Assembly (NCBI GenBank): GCA_030141605.1
Contig: JAQGDQ010000040.1
Coordinates: 434,001-498,000 of the forward strand
DNA: 64,000 nt
Direction: 5' to 3'
DNA from: Tubiluchus corallicola
Lineage: Eukaryota > Animalia > Priapulida
In this document: one piece after another, positions 40,901-54,183 of the stretch
How the letters are laid out: each line of letters starts with the position of its first letter
Numbering within the stretch: position 1 is the first letter of the stretch
Program-made: the position numbers and the translations under genes
Notes under the pieces: model-generated
What the model was told of the DNA's origin: nothing
The model's database searches: none
What the model saw: the letters and a program-made list of their open reading frames with translations, nothing else

Positions 40901-43900
40901 GTCATAATTCAGCCCTAATAGCTTACCAACCAATTCAGCATTTCCGAGGCTTGGTTTGCTCACTAATTGTATTCTTTTTCATTAACTTAGAACCAGTTAT
41001 TTGCTTTTTTATAATTTATTAATTAATTTATAATCTTAATTTCGAGATTACTAGTTAGTAACAGTGTGAACTCACAGTTATAAAACCAAACTTTGTAAGC
41101 TAGAAGAAAATGATGTGGAAACACATTAGAACAGAACTTGGTTGATGGACTTAGATTGTAAATTCACTTTACTTCAGTCAACATGCTGTTGACCAGTGCA
41201 AGTGTTTGTCCAATCCCAACTGCTCACTAACCAATTTAACATTTCCAAGTATTATCAGTCTTGACTTTCACGTTTTCTTTCATTCGGTTAAGTTAGGTTT
41301 TCAAAATTTAATAATTATCAGCTTATCAGTCATTAATGAATAGTCTCTGTGATTATAACTACTTTAGATTTTAAATTGATTTTAAAAAATAATCCTGTTA
41401 GTTACTAATTATTCTGCTGTTTGTTGATTGGTAAATTACTAATATTGCATTAAAACCTGATTCCATCACAATTATTGCAGAGGCTTAATTTGAAGCTCAG
41501 CTTAGTCACCTGCGACTTTTTCTCACATTTGTCTTCTGTTGTTTGAGTTTTGTTACAAAAACGTAACCACTGTGGGTTTATTTGATTAATTAGTAATTAA
41601 TGCTCTTGAATTTAATATCATCATAAGCATTCATGACAGTTTAAAAGTACATAAAAGTACATTTCTTAATCCTAGCTGTTTCAGATAACAATAACGTAAG
41701 CTAAATGTTGTCATAAATCAGAACATGTATTCCTACATTTTTTGTTTTGTCTTTTTTTGTCTTTGCAAGTTAGAATACAATTACATTTCATGCAGATCAT
41801 TAATGTATTTTATAGTTACATTATTTTATGAAACATGCATAGTTAAATTAGGTTCTTCATTTGCTATAGCTGTTACTATATTTATTTTATAATTGTAGAG
41901 GATGGAGAGAGAATATAACTGCAAGTGTTTGCTAGGAAAGCCTAAAGTTAGCTTTCGAGAAACGATTACAGCACCTGTTGAGTAAGAATATGATTTAATT
42001 TCTTAAAAGACAACCGGACGATTGTGTAGACATTAGTTCAAAATAAAGTATGCTCTAAAATATTGAAAACTACAACAGCTTTTTTAAGTCAAAACTTAGA
42101 TAGTTCGGATAGTTTAACCTCGGATAGTTACATTTTGTTAAACTTTCAAAGCTTTGCGCGGCTCAGTAAATCCACTAAGACCGATGGCACCTTTTTCATC
42201 TCATTTGTGTGGCTGACAAATAAGCGCAATGCTGTGATAAGCATATTCATGAACTGCAGTGTTTGTCTGTGACGCCACTGTGATGTAAAGCTCATTTTCG
42301 TGACATTGCAGCAGCCTCTTATAGTAATCTTTCCTTTACGCACAAACGTGCTTGACGTACAGGGAAGGTGCCTACCATTGTGCAAACTGTGGTTAGTTCG
42401 CGATATAAGCGATAGCTGTGTTTGGTTGCCGTTAACTAATTTTCCGAAGTCATTATTCAAATATTAGAAACAATTGCTAACTTTTATAGGCAAGAAAATT
42501 TATATTCTAGACAGTAAGTTATAATGAGATGTAGTCTAATCAATCGTCTGGTTTTCCTTTAATAAATGTGTACAAGTTTCAAAATAAAAATATAGATTAA
42601 AAAATACTATACTATCATTTACCTTTTTTCATTTACTAGCAGCAACCTAGTATAAAAAACTTCCTTTGAAATCTGAAACCTAATTTGTTAGATTATAACT
42701 GTGATTGCCAGAGAGTTTGCAAACCATTGCGGTTCATTTTTAATAATTATTACCCATTGTGGGCAATGGGTTGGAGAAATAAAGGAGATGCCGCAATGGG
42801 TAATAATTGATAAAAATAATCCGTAGTTGTCTATAAACACCCTTGCAATCACATTCATAATCTAACTAATTAATGATATCGTTGGTTACCAGCTAATTTA
42901 AAAAAAGTGTTGAGATATCGTAAATGTCTAATTTGTTTTTTACGTTTTGCAGGTTTGACTACTTGCATAAAAAGCAACATGGAGGCGCAGGACAGTACGG
43001 TCGTGTTATTGGATATCTAGAACCTCTTCCACCTGAAGAGTTTACTAAAGTCATATTTAGTGATGAAACTGTGGGTACAAACGTGCCAAAAAACTTTGTT
43101 CCAGCTATTAAGAAAGGGTTTATGCAGACAACAGAGAAAGGTACTTTGACTGGACATAAGATGTCAGGCGTAAAGTTTCGCTTGCTTGATGGTATGTTTG
43201 TATGCTATTCTCACCGTTTTGTTAATGCGAAGTATAGTTTTGTTAAAAAATCCTTAAATATGTGTGTTGATCCAAATATTAAACAAATAAAAAATGATCA
43301 TCTTGTATTTGTTATCTTAAGAAACTCAGGTGTAAATTTCTGCTATATTTTTACTTGTGTGTTAAACAACTATAAAGTGTTTTTCGTTGCAGCTAAATTT
43401 ATTCTTCAGCCAAATTGGCGTCAGTGGTAAAACTCCTGTTTGATGTACATAAAAACTGTATAGTTTCATTTTTATTTTAAAATTAGAAAATTTAATTTGA
43501 GTTTTCATAGATGACCAAGATCATCACTTTATTGAAAAAATACAGTTAAGCTAATGATTAGTTGTTGAATAAATGTGTGCTTAAAAAGTTGAAGGAAATG
43601 CCAAGCCTTCTGGGACATTAGGCTTATTTCTCTATTAACGAAATTGTTAGAAGCATTTAGTAATAAAAGTGCATTAAGCACCTCGTGAAATTAGTGAAAT
43701 CATTTTAAAGTCGTGATCATTTCACGCTTGCGCGCTTCCATTTTGAATGTTCATTCTTCCACGAATGATATTGTTCTCGACTGAAGAAAAGCAGCGCATT
43801 ATCAATTTCAGTCAAAAGTACAATAAGTTTTCACAAAAAATTAGATAGCTAACTTTAGGATAGTTTTATGTGAATATTAAGCGAGCTGCAGATGTCAGAA

Positions 43901-46490
43901 TTAGTTTAAGAAGCACTCACTTACAGAAATCACGAAGTCCACCAGCTACGTCATAATTTTGGAGTGAATGACAGTTACCACTGCCCCTGAAAATTTGTAT
44001 ACAGCAATAGTGTAAATTAATTTAAATGCATTATAGACAGTTTCTTGCAGATTTCTTTTATTTTTCTAAGTTTAAGTGATAACAGTAAAATAAATCCAAC
44101 ATGCTAAGTTACTTATCCTTTCCTTTGCAAAACTCTGCTGAAATTGGAACTTACTCAAACAAAAGCATGAAACATTGTTTAATTAGCATTTTATTTAAAC
44201 TTTCCTTTTATTAAAGAAAACACGTGCTCTTTCCAAAAGAGTATTGACAGCTTGTGAATTGTTTATGTTCTCAGTTAAATAAAGGCTTAGGGTCCAAGCA
44301 GCAAAATTGTTTAGTTATAATTTTTATGTATTTTTTTCAGGTGACCATCATATTGTTGATTCAAATGAAATATCTTTTATTCTCGCCGCTCATGGCGCCA
44401 TAAAACAGTGTAAGTTTATTTTTTGGTGCAGTTATTGTGATCAAACGTCTTTGCTTTTGCTCTCCTCATTTATTATTACCATTTGGACAAATTAAAGTCT
44501 TTCTGTAGGATCTAAGGCCCTCCTGAATTAGATACCATGGACCATAAAATGGATGAATACTAGAAGTGTTTGCGAATATTACCAGGAAAGCATAAATTAT
44601 GACAGTGACAAACTCGACTACTGACCACTTACAGCAGCTGGTCTTCATTTGGTGGTAGGCACCGAGTATTCATGTTACTGGTCAACAAAAGAAAGGCCCA
44701 GCTGTTTTGTTGCTAGCAAGTGTTCATCGAGCAATTATTGGTGTTAAACATCAATGGTTAATAATTATAAAATGGTAATACTGAAAGCAAATTGTGTCAT
44801 CATTTTTCTTAGAGACAATGATATTTTGATCCATACCATCAGTTGTGTTTATAATTACATAATTTAGCCACTCAGCAGCTGTCAGTTATTTTGCAACCTG
44901 CCTAATTCGTTGCCTATATTGCTTCTCAAAAATATCACTTCATAAACAAGGTTGTAAAGCTCAGTACACAATAATTTAGCTTTCACTTTTAGGGCCTGTT
45001 TTATTGGTGAAAAGTATTACACACACTGCTCTTTTCATTCTAAAAATTAATACAACTAGCTTGCCATCACTATTATCCATTTGACAAATACGGTTCTTAC
45101 AGGTTATGAGTATGGAACTTGGCAAGTTATTGAACCAATCATGACAGTTGAAGTTACAGCACCAGCGGAATTTCAGGGTGCAGTCATGGCACAATTGAGT
45201 CGCCGTTCTGGTATCATCACTGGTACAGATACTGCAGAGGGCTATTTCTCATTGCGAGCTGAGGTTGGTATCAGTAGCAATATCAGTAATAATAGCTAAG
45301 TGATCGTGGTATGTGCTTGGCAACTGAAGTTAAGAATAGCCGACTTGGACAGTGAATGGATCGGTGACCGCTGTCAGGTCATTGTCAGTGTCTCACCTTA
45401 CAGGCATTGCCTTGACAATTAACTAGGCTCCAGGCATTGCAGAACTCATAACCATTGAGTGGATCCTGCTCATTGAATAAGTTGCAGTGTATCAAATTGT
45501 ATAAAAAAATTAGTGATAAAAAACTTAGTTGGTTACTTTCTATTTCATGATATGCAAACGTGAGTTACCTAGACATTCAGTTCTTAATTAAAGATTAAAG
45601 AAAAAACCACAAATAAACTTAAAAAATAAACAACAAAAAATGAAGTATGAAGTGCACTAAGATGCACTTGTTATAGCAATAACACAAGATGTTTATCTGC
45701 TATAAATGCTGAGCACACTGAGTAATGAACACAAAAAAACTAGTGTAAAGATAATATTACCATCGTGATTGTGACTTTATGCTTTTTGGGTTTTTCCTGT
45801 TTTCACTTTTAGTTACTGTGATCCTGCCTTTTTTTGTAATGTATCAATTTGAAGATTGGTGTTTTTTAATGTATTTATGTATGTATTTAATGTAATGTAT
45901 GTATGTTTCTTTATTTATTTTTGCTTGAACATAATCAGTAATAGTAGATTAAATATAAATATTATTGATAGATTCATAGGTAATTGTTCGGCTCTTCTTA
46001 AATCTGTTTGGCTTATCGAAATGTAGAATTTAATTTAATAAGGAAAAGATGAACTCATCCATGAGTCCGTCAGTCACATTTATAGTTATGTGATTATGGA
46101 AGCCAAATCTATTAAAGAATAAACATGTCTTCAATTTTTCTTTATTGAATGTACTTATTTATTTTTATCATTATGAATTATTCCCGTGTTATTCATTAAC
46201 TGCAGCATTGTTTGACTAACCCACCATCATTTACAATACTTGGCCATTGCCGGCAATTGTCAGTAAATTTTCAAAACATCACAGAAATCACAGAAAGTTT
46301 ATTGCAGGTGCCACTGAACGAAATGTTTGGCTATGCAACGGATCTGCGTTCGACAACTCAAGGTAAAGGAGAATTTACTATGGAATACAGCAGATACACA
46401 CCGTGCAAACCACAGCTACAAGAACAACTTATTAGACAATATCAGGAATCATTGGGCATCTTTCCAGATAAGAAGAAACATAGAAGTTGA
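25944..46490 (+). CDS. GFM1: Mitochondrial elongation factor G1. Exons 25944-26015, 26982-27035, 27211-27330, 28081-28213, 29095-29299, 29759-29875, 30002-30075, 30432-30508, 31094-31251, 32122-32200, 33033-33170, 35472-35573, 36578-36772, 41899-41981, 42953-43191, 44341-44409, 45103-45263, 46308-46490
   Basis: [100 protein letters not shown]. All introns are GT-AG and in phase. Basic presequence-like exon 1 MMTLARHY...; exons 1-2 are less certain than the rest. Confidence 0.96.
34289..34947. mobile_element. Possible solo LTR or other repeat with a CCATT-rich interior in GFM1 intron 11
   Basis: Ends tgtcgttac...gttacgaca (TG...CA); degenerate ccatt pentamer tract at ~34515-34625; no clean TSD. 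Confidence 0.35.
36810..40116 (+). mobile_element. 5'-truncated L2/CR1-group LINE (endonuclease + RT pseudogene) in GFM1 intron 13
   Basis: APE motifs [37 protein letters not shown] motifs [35 protein letters not shown]. Frameshifts at ~37930 and ~38380, stop at 38717; 3' stem-loop gggcagg..cctgccc (39980-40018) and (ctatgt)n tail. Confidence 0.92.
40245..40809. mobile_element. Kolobok-like MITE (TTAA TSD), copy 1
   Basis: ttaa|aggaaag...ctttcct|ttaa; colinear with 43593-44124. Confidence 0.75.
42007..42558. mobile_element. Kolobok-like MITE (TTAA TSD), second family
   Basis: ttaa|aagacaaccggacgattg ... caatcgtctggttttcct|ttaa. Confidence 0.8.
42687..42866. repeat. Foldback (long imperfect inverted repeat) MITE
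   Basis: gttagattataactgtgattgc...attattacccattgtgg / ccgcaatgggtaataatt...gcaatcacattcataatctaac. Confidence 0.8.
43593..44124. mobile_element. Kolobok-like MITE, diverged copy 2 of 40245-40809
   Basis: Shares blocks ttaggcttatttc, tgatcatttcac, gaagtccaccag and cctttcct with copy 1. Confidence 0.75.
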
Positions 46491-47439
46491 TCACTAGTCT
46501 AGTTTAAATCATGTTTTTAGTTGTTATTATTATAGTTGCTACTCTGTCATTTAAAAAGTTCCGAGTTCGTTTAAGTAATTGTTAAAGTTGAAGGTGATTT
46601 TAATGCATCGAGCTATATATTAATACACCAGCTTTGTATGTAGATATACATATATATATGTGTGTGTATGCATGTATATCTGTGTGTAGCTGTAGCTGTT
46701 TGTGACACTTTTCTATGCCGCTTAACAACTTTTACGTGTTTCAGCTATTAGATGATTTGTCTTGGTTTTTAAATCATTTCAAAATGTTGGCAGAGAATTG
46801 TTGAATTTGTGTGGCGCTTTTGCAGAATAATACAGCTTTGTAATGCAAACAAGGGCACCAAGTGGCAAGCCGTCTTTTGCATACTAGGCGTAGTTTGAAT
46901 GTTTGTTTTGTGGAAAATTTTAATGAGCATAGCATTATTTTCTGGGTGGTCCGGCGGTCGAATGGACTGCTTGTCACAAATGTGCCCAAACAGCTGAAAA
47001 GGTGATTTTTGGAACCAGTTGGGCATCCAGGAGAAAAATAAACACTCTGCTAGGGTGAGAAAGAACTGATCTACAAGGTGTGGGAAATTTCAGTGAAAAT
47101 GGCATGCAGTAACTTGGAACTGTGCAATTCCATATTCCCAATTTCATTATTTCTGTTGAGCAAATACAGAGTGCTTACTTAATGTCGTAGGCCAATTGTT
47201 TCAGCATAAACAAACTACTAATGAGACATTTTTACATTATTGAGCATTGGTGAATAAATGTAATAGCATTTGTCATATTGCTTTCTTATCCAGCAGGTAT
47301 GCAATTATGAAAATAAATCATAGTCTCATCAAGAGTATGATCTTTGATTTAAGTACATAATTTTATTATATAATCAATAACAGTTATGAGAATTGTGGAA
47401 TGGAGCTGTCATTGCTAGCTTATTACACTGTAGTAGCAG

Positions 47440-47631
47440 CAGTGTTGAAATAGTTCTTATAGGGTTACAATTACATTTTTAGAAATGTAACTACAGTTAC
47501 AAGTTACACTGTCAAAAATGTAACTAGTCACAGTTACAGTTCCCTCTCTACTTACAAAAAAGTAACTAGTTACAGTTGTGGTTGACAATTTTGGAAGTAT
47601 TTACATTTGTAACTCGTTACTCCTATCACTG
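47440..47631. mobile_element. hAT-like MITE with GTTAC/GTAAC repeats
   Basis: cagtgttg...tatcactg; near-TSD agtagcag/ggtatcag (6 of 8 match). Confidence 0.7.
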
Positions 47632-48529
47632 GGTATCAGGCTGCTTCAAATTTGCAGGATAGAAGATGACTTGTTGCCCTGCTATTCTCAAATTTGTTAG
47701 TAAAGTTTGTTGTCACTGAGTGCTCTTTACAATGCAATTAGCAATGTATCAGTTGTGTTAAAATACTGTAGAAACCAAAATCTTTTATTTCTATCCCTTA
47801 ATTATCCTTGCTGCATTTGTATTAGTTCATTTTTGCATTTTTCTGGTAGTTTAATACTTGCTTATGAATACATTTCACAGTTTCTCAAATTAGTAAAGAA
47901 ATTAGTATTGAGGAAGCCAGAGGAAGCAAAATTTAAAAAATCTAACTTATTTGAATAGAATCATTTAGTTTTATTCAAGCTGCCTTCATTGTGTTGCTGT
48001 TATCAGCATGTCAAACATAATAAAGTGTCCCTTATGTCACATTAGACGTATTTTATTTGCATTACCAACAGAAAATTTTCTGCAGAAGTGCAGTCTTTCA
48101 GAAAACTCTGCTCAAAGATTTTAACACTTACTATGAATATGAAAAATTGCAAATTAAAAATAACATAAGTACCACTACAAAATGAATTATATATAATAGC
48201 AAACCTTGTTCAAATTTATAAATACTGTACTTCGTATTCTTTTAGGCTCTGCCTTTTGCATTGTCATTAAAAGGATTCATCACCATCATCACATTCTCAT
48301 TCTGTCTGTTGTAGACATTGCAGCGTTACCCTTTATTAGAGCATTCCACCCAGTCCTATCTTCAGCTAACAGTGTAAGCAACTCTAACCCTAAAGCTAGC
48401 TACTGTGTTTGGTTGAAGTTGTTGAACATCTTTATTTATTTTAAATTTTCAAGTTGTTTTTGGTTGGCCAGGTGAACCTTCTACGGTAATTATTGCTGGT
48501 GTTTCCCTCAGTAATCGGAGGTGTCCTAA

Positions 48530-48700
48530 CTATCTTAATCTTACTAAAGCTATGTACAGAGGCACAATAACTTTTGCAATACCTGATGAAATGCAATGTT
48601 TTATCATTCCGATGCATCTGTTAGCCTGAGAAATAATATGTTCATTACGAGAGTTCCACTTCTGGTTATTTGACATTAATACTCCGAAATCACAAAAGAC
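48530..48700 (-). pseudogene. CR1-type RT C-terminal fragment
   Basis: DFGVLMSNNQKW...ANRCIGMIK...LYIALVR resembles DLG..LYVALVR in the CR1 ORF2 at 54963-55745. Confidence 0.65.
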
Positions 48701-49347
48701 TGATTTTCCTTCAAAAATTGTAATATACATGTACTGTACTGCAGTGGTCATAATGCAGATAAATTCAAACAGACTGATTATGTTGAAACTACCTTGTCAA
48801 TGATGTAATTTCACAATATTCTTCATAGATTGGTTACAAAACAAGCTAAGTACTGATGTAATCCCATTAGAATGTGTTACTAAATAAAAGGTAAATAACT
48901 TTTTTGTTTTTCAAAATGCAACAATTTTGTTACAGTCACATGATGCATGCACAATGCACCAGCTGATTTTGGTTCACTCTAAGGCAGTCACCATTTACAT
49001 TCTTGAATACTATATAATACTATACAACTTTGAGATGGTTGTACTTTTTATCAATTAAAATGTATACAAATTAGAAAATTTTTAATTAATACCCATGTAT
49101 GAAAATATGTGTATAGTTCAGCTAAGAAACTGTACAACAAAACTATACACATGCAAAAGTAAAAAAATGTGTTATTTTACATTACGCGAACTTCACATGA
49201 CACTTTGATGTGCTTCTTATAAGAAGTTCTTACACTGTCTTAGGTTTTTCTGAAAGACATACTAGTTCATGAGATTATCACATGTGAGAATATAATATTC
49301 AGGTTATCTTCTTTGACACAATAATTACATGTTAGATAAGTTATGTG

Positions 49348-49905
49348 TCACCGAATACAACTATACTGGGCACATTCGACAGTTGTAAAGTTAGGAAATT
49401 TTGCTAATGATGAATCGCCCACTGGTGAATGTATCTTTATTTGTCGCATATGCGTATCTCTGCCATTTTGATGATTTGATAATACAGCTATTTGCACCAT
49501 AAATGTACGTATCGGTTTCTCGGTCGCATCTGTTAGTGGAATAATCACCCAACCGCTTGGTTCATTTAGTTCAACTATTTCCACTTCTTGCAGATCGTTA
49601 AAATGATTTCCTGTCCTCACCGATATCCGACTCGGTGTGTAGCTTTCATCAGATTTATAGTCAGCATATATGCACACGTCTTGAATAGTTGTTTTGCGTC
49701 GAAATTGTATATTTACAAGATGAGGTTGTGGCCCATCTGACTGCCAATATGTGTCCAAGTTGTCATCTCGTAACTGATCAACTCCAAAACCTGGTTTGCA
49801 AGAGGAAAGTGACCAAACAGCCAAAGATCCAACTTCCCGTATTTTTCCTGATTTTTCATCCTTTGTTGGATCACTGAAATCACTAAACCTATTATTTGTA
49901 GCCAT
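49348..49905 (-). CDS. ANAPC10: Anaphase-promoting complex subunit 10 (APC10/DOC1), intronless CDS, 185 aa
   Basis: REVGSLAVWSLSSCKPGFGVDQLRDD..TYWQSDGPQPH..DESYTPS..NHQNGRDTHMRQIK and a C-terminal IR tail; 5'UTR acceptor at 49996. Confidence 0.98.
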   Translation of the reverse strand: MATNNRFSDFSDPTKDEKSGKIREVGSLAVWSLSSCKPGFGVDQLRDDNLDTYWQSDGPQPHLVNIQFRRKTTIQDVCIYADYKSDESYTPSRISVRTGNHFNDLQEVEIVELNEPSGWVIIPLTDATEKPIRTFMVQIAVLSNHQNGRDTHMRQIKIHSPVGDSSLAKFPNFTTVECAQYSCIR

Positions 49906-51700
49906 GAGCTGAAGTCTGAAGTACTTTACTTTTCAGCAAGCTATAATATACAGTTATTGTGGTGTTCTTGCATATTACTGAATAGATGGCGGAACCTGAA
50001 ACATATACATAAATATTAACTAATTATTGATCTGTAAACTTGACAATAATTCTGTGTTTGAAAATCCGAGTTTGTATCACTCGGTGTTAGTTCTGTGCTT
50101 GTAAAGTTTAAGTGAATAACCTTTGGTTTGAATATGACATGAGGTGAAGAAAGTTTCATGATTGATAACGAAGAAATGAGTGAATCCAGAGAAGATCTTA
50201 TACATCTAAACACATATTTTTAGTTTTTTTTCCTTCATTCTGCCGTATAGATGCTCTACTGTCTGCTACATGTTCTTCAATTCAATTCAGGAAGATTTAC
50301 ATGGAACTATTTATATAAATAGTATTTGATGCTTACGCATTCTAAAAATGGCACCCCTATCTGCCGGCGGACTGCCACTACTGTCCACGATGCATCATCG
50401 CTCAAATCTAGATTTTTTTAAATCTTTTTGCAGTTTATCCATATACATCAGTAGTTGACCCACTTTCGTTTTTCTCATCTTAAAAGTTTTGCGTAATGCT
50501 ATAGAAGAGGAGATTCCTGAGATAGTCTTAGTACATGCCCAATAGAGAGGAAGACTATCTGTTAGAAAATGGTTTGAGACAATTGTATGAACATACTCGC
50601 TTAACCCTAATCAAGATTCATGTCGTAAACAGTATGAAGATATTTGTGTAAATAAATTTTACATAATCGAATCCATGTACAGATGACTAGCATCAAGACA
50701 GGAGTCGTATTTTATTTGCAATCTTTTTTACAATAGAATCAGGAGATAGAGTTCAACTCGTGTACGGTCCCTTCTCATATTCATTTTAAATTTATCAATA
50801 GATGATGCATTTACTTACTTACAGCTCACAGCGTGGATAGGGGTTAAGCGTAAATGACCGCTTTTTACCCCTCCAATCTTCTCTGGATGCTTTATTTATG
50901 CTGAATATTCTAGTAGGTGGTGGCAGTAACAATACAATCCGGAAGATAGTATCAGTGTGTTCTTGGTACGAAAGATAGTGTAAGTGTTTAACACTTCGAT
51001 TATTGCTGAGGTTATTTTGGAGCTGCATTCACTTGTGGTCGAGTATCAAATAAAATTTAGAACTTATTGATAATGAACAAAAACGTTTATTTCAGCAGTT
51101 AACACAAAGAAGAAAGTAAACAAGAAAAGAACATTAAATCAATTAATCCCGACCTGCCATGAGTATGTGTGTTATCTCCAAACCTCAGTGCAGAGTGCCC
51201 GCAAACAATGCCGTTGCGCACGCAGCCGATACAGAGAAAAATTGCACGCTGGCGCCATCATCCAGATAGCACACTAAACTCACGCCAGTTGCATGGCTCC
51301 CCAAATTAGATTAAATGTTAATAGCTAATTTCTAAACCATACACACAAAATAGTAACAACTGGTACACAGAAACTTGAGAACATTACAAAACAGTGCAAC
51401 AAAACCTCAATTAAGCAAACACATACAATTTACGAAAGGCTCCTTGATGGGGAATCCCGGCCTATATGCTAAGAATGTTAAAACAGAACTGTTATCTAGA
51501 GAAAAGGCGAGTTACCCATTTTTCTTAGTTAATTTAATAAACACAATACAATAAACGGTAATGCTTAACAGCTATGAAGCATTAATTTCAACAAAGTTCA
51601 ATTATATGTAAATATCATACAATATTTAGCCTAAAGATAATAAGGGAAATTAATCCCGAATTTCCGCGAGAAGTGCAATTAATGTTCTAAACAACAGCAA

Positions 51701-52443
51701 CATACCTGTCAACCTGTTATTAGCGTTGCCCTTATATAGGGTCTTGCTAAACCTTATAAGACAGCACGGGACCTTACCGAATCTGACCCCCCCCCAAGAA
51801 ATGTTATATTACTTATCTTACATTGACTAATTTTGTAACCACAATAAATAATAATAACAAAGTCAGACTTTCAGATTGTTGGGGAGCCCGGGACAATGTC
51901 CCACTAAGGCCCCTACAGTTTATAGATTTTTTATGTGTTTTACATACAATGGCCCACCATTTTCCCCTTAAAATAAAAATTTTTCCATACATTTCCGAAA
52001 CAATCTGAAGTCCTGCAAAGATAAACAACTGAATAAACAAGTGCTTGTAAGAAGGCTAACCTGAAAACATCTGGATTAACAACTTTGGGCTCTCCCATTC
52101 TTTTAAATGACGTCCAGTTCCAGTTTTTTTCTTTTTCGCCGGAGGAACACATTCGCTTGCCATATTTTTTTTCATGAATGAAATAGCGGAAGTGGTTAAC
52201 CGGATGTTAAAAATTATTAGCTGAGTGTGCGCAATGACAACGTTTGAACGGAAGTAAGATCGTCTGCATGAAAGTACCGATCGAAAAGGGAATATTCGAT
52301 GCGATTATTTTCGCTGAGCAACATTTTGATTTTGCCGTATATTTTTCTTTTCGCCGTATGAATTTTCTTGTAAGCCGTATTGGGCCAAAAATGCATTTTT
52401 CCCGTACAGCAATACGGCCAAACCGTATAGGTTGACAGGTATG
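51701..52443. mobile_element. hAT-like MITE with 6-bp TSD
   Basis: Perfect 15-bp TIR catacctgtcaacct/aggttgacaggtatg; cagcaa on both flanks; subterminal ccgta repeats. Confidence 0.85.
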
Positions 52444-53226
52444 CAGCAACCTTGTGTACAAACGAACTTGCGTGTTTTACATAAACTTGAAGATATATAA
52501 CTGCAATATTCTACATTTACCATCATAATATTTCACGAATCTCTTGATCCCCATAACGTAAATTACGCCTTAGCAACGGGTTGCATAGAGCAACGAAATA
52601 TCCTATGCGAAAAACAATAATCGCAGAATACCTCACTAAAATTGTAGAATATGTAAAATAAACCGGATGAAACTTGTCAATTGAACAACTCAGAAAATCA
52701 CAGTGGGGTTTTCCTACACTTTCATCATGTTGTTAATTTTTTCTCATCACCATTCATTCTAATCATCACTTGCTTATTCACATTCTCTCATTTCAAGTTT
52801 CATTTTTTAAAATTCATATAGCATTACACGAAATTTCACAGAGGGTATTTTTACAAGCATGGCTTCCTTAATTCAACACAAATCATCCAACTAGGTATTT
52901 AAGTAAGTATATTTCGAAGTTTGCTTGTTGGATATTTTGCTTTTTGTTAACTATTGACAGTAATACTGAATTCTGGTATGTCTTACTGTACCAACCAGTT
53001 GTATTTGTGTTGATGCGAAATAAACAATCCTAAATCTTGAGTTTATTTTGAAAACATTCACAGACTCAACTTGTGGATAACATATTATCGCCAAAATTTT
53101 AATCTGCTTCTTCGTTGGTAATACTAAATTCTGTGAAAGAATTTCAATAACGTGCACAAGTAACAACTAACCAGGCAGTTCTAACTCTGACGTTCTAAGA
53201 CTGCTGTTTCTCGTGTCAGCACTCAG

Positions 53227-53947
53227 TGTAGGGCGCCGAGTAACGCACTAGCCGAAGTAGAACACTTTCGGTAAAACCCATGTGATAAATTTGAGGAAAA
53301 GCAGTGTCGTACATGGCAGCCCAAGTAGGGCACTAGCGATTTCTTTCAAGAATCGAGATCTATGACATAATAAAACATAAAACAAAATTTGTTTTAGAAA
53401 AAAAGTAACTTTATAATAATAATAATAATAATAATTTATAGTCCTTGATAAATTTACTTTTTACAACAATATCATCATTATTATTAGCTCCATTAATAAT
53501 TATCATCATAACATTAAACTAAATAGCGAATGCTTAAAGAGAGAAACTACGTAAGACACATAACTCGCTAACCCGTTTACTTAGTAGAAAACAATTATTT
53601 GTCCAAGAAGGAGCGAAAAGGATCACCTGTCTGTGAAGGAAGACAAATTGAAAAATGATATACTTTAAGCAAATGTTAAAAACTCCTAAAAAGTGCGCTT
53701 ATTTCACTTCAAAGAAGATTAATTATACTAGCTCAGAGTAAAATTCTTTTATTTCACCGGATGTATAATAAATTATTGAACATGTATAGGCGTGTTTAAT
53801 TATTATTATTATTACATAAACAAGGACAACGGACGGTGCCAGTACGCTTAACGACTCAATTCGCGGACCTGTCTCTAGTGTCCTACTTGGGCAGCCCATG
53901 TACGCCAATTGTCCTACTTTGGCTAATGGATTACTCGGCGCCCAATG
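53227..53947. mobile_element. TGT-ended TIR element with 5-bp TSD; copy B, between ANAPC10 and NOL6
   Basis: Imperfect ~38-bp TIR tgtagggcgccgagtaacgcactagccgaagtagaaca / tgtcctactttggctaatggattactcggcgcccaatg; TSD CTCAG at 53222-53226 and 53948-53952; interior colinear with 25348-25818. Confidence 0.85.
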
Positions 53948-54183
53948 CTCAGCACCACGGGAAATCCTCCTTGGAACTGAAACTAACAAGAAGGTGAAAA
54001 AGAGTACCCAGATTACCGTACGCAGTCTCACATGCAATGGAAAAAGGAAAAACGGAGAAATGCGCTTATTAAAAGGTAATTATGCTTCAATTTATAATGT
54101 TTAATTTTGCAATTTTTCATGTTCCTCTTCATTTGTGCAAATGAGTTTAATTAGTTTTAATGCAGCTTTCGGTTTTGTACTAA

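Noticed and set aside
51033-51466. Possible solo LTR
   Set aside because: Termini imperfect and no TSD; insufficient support.
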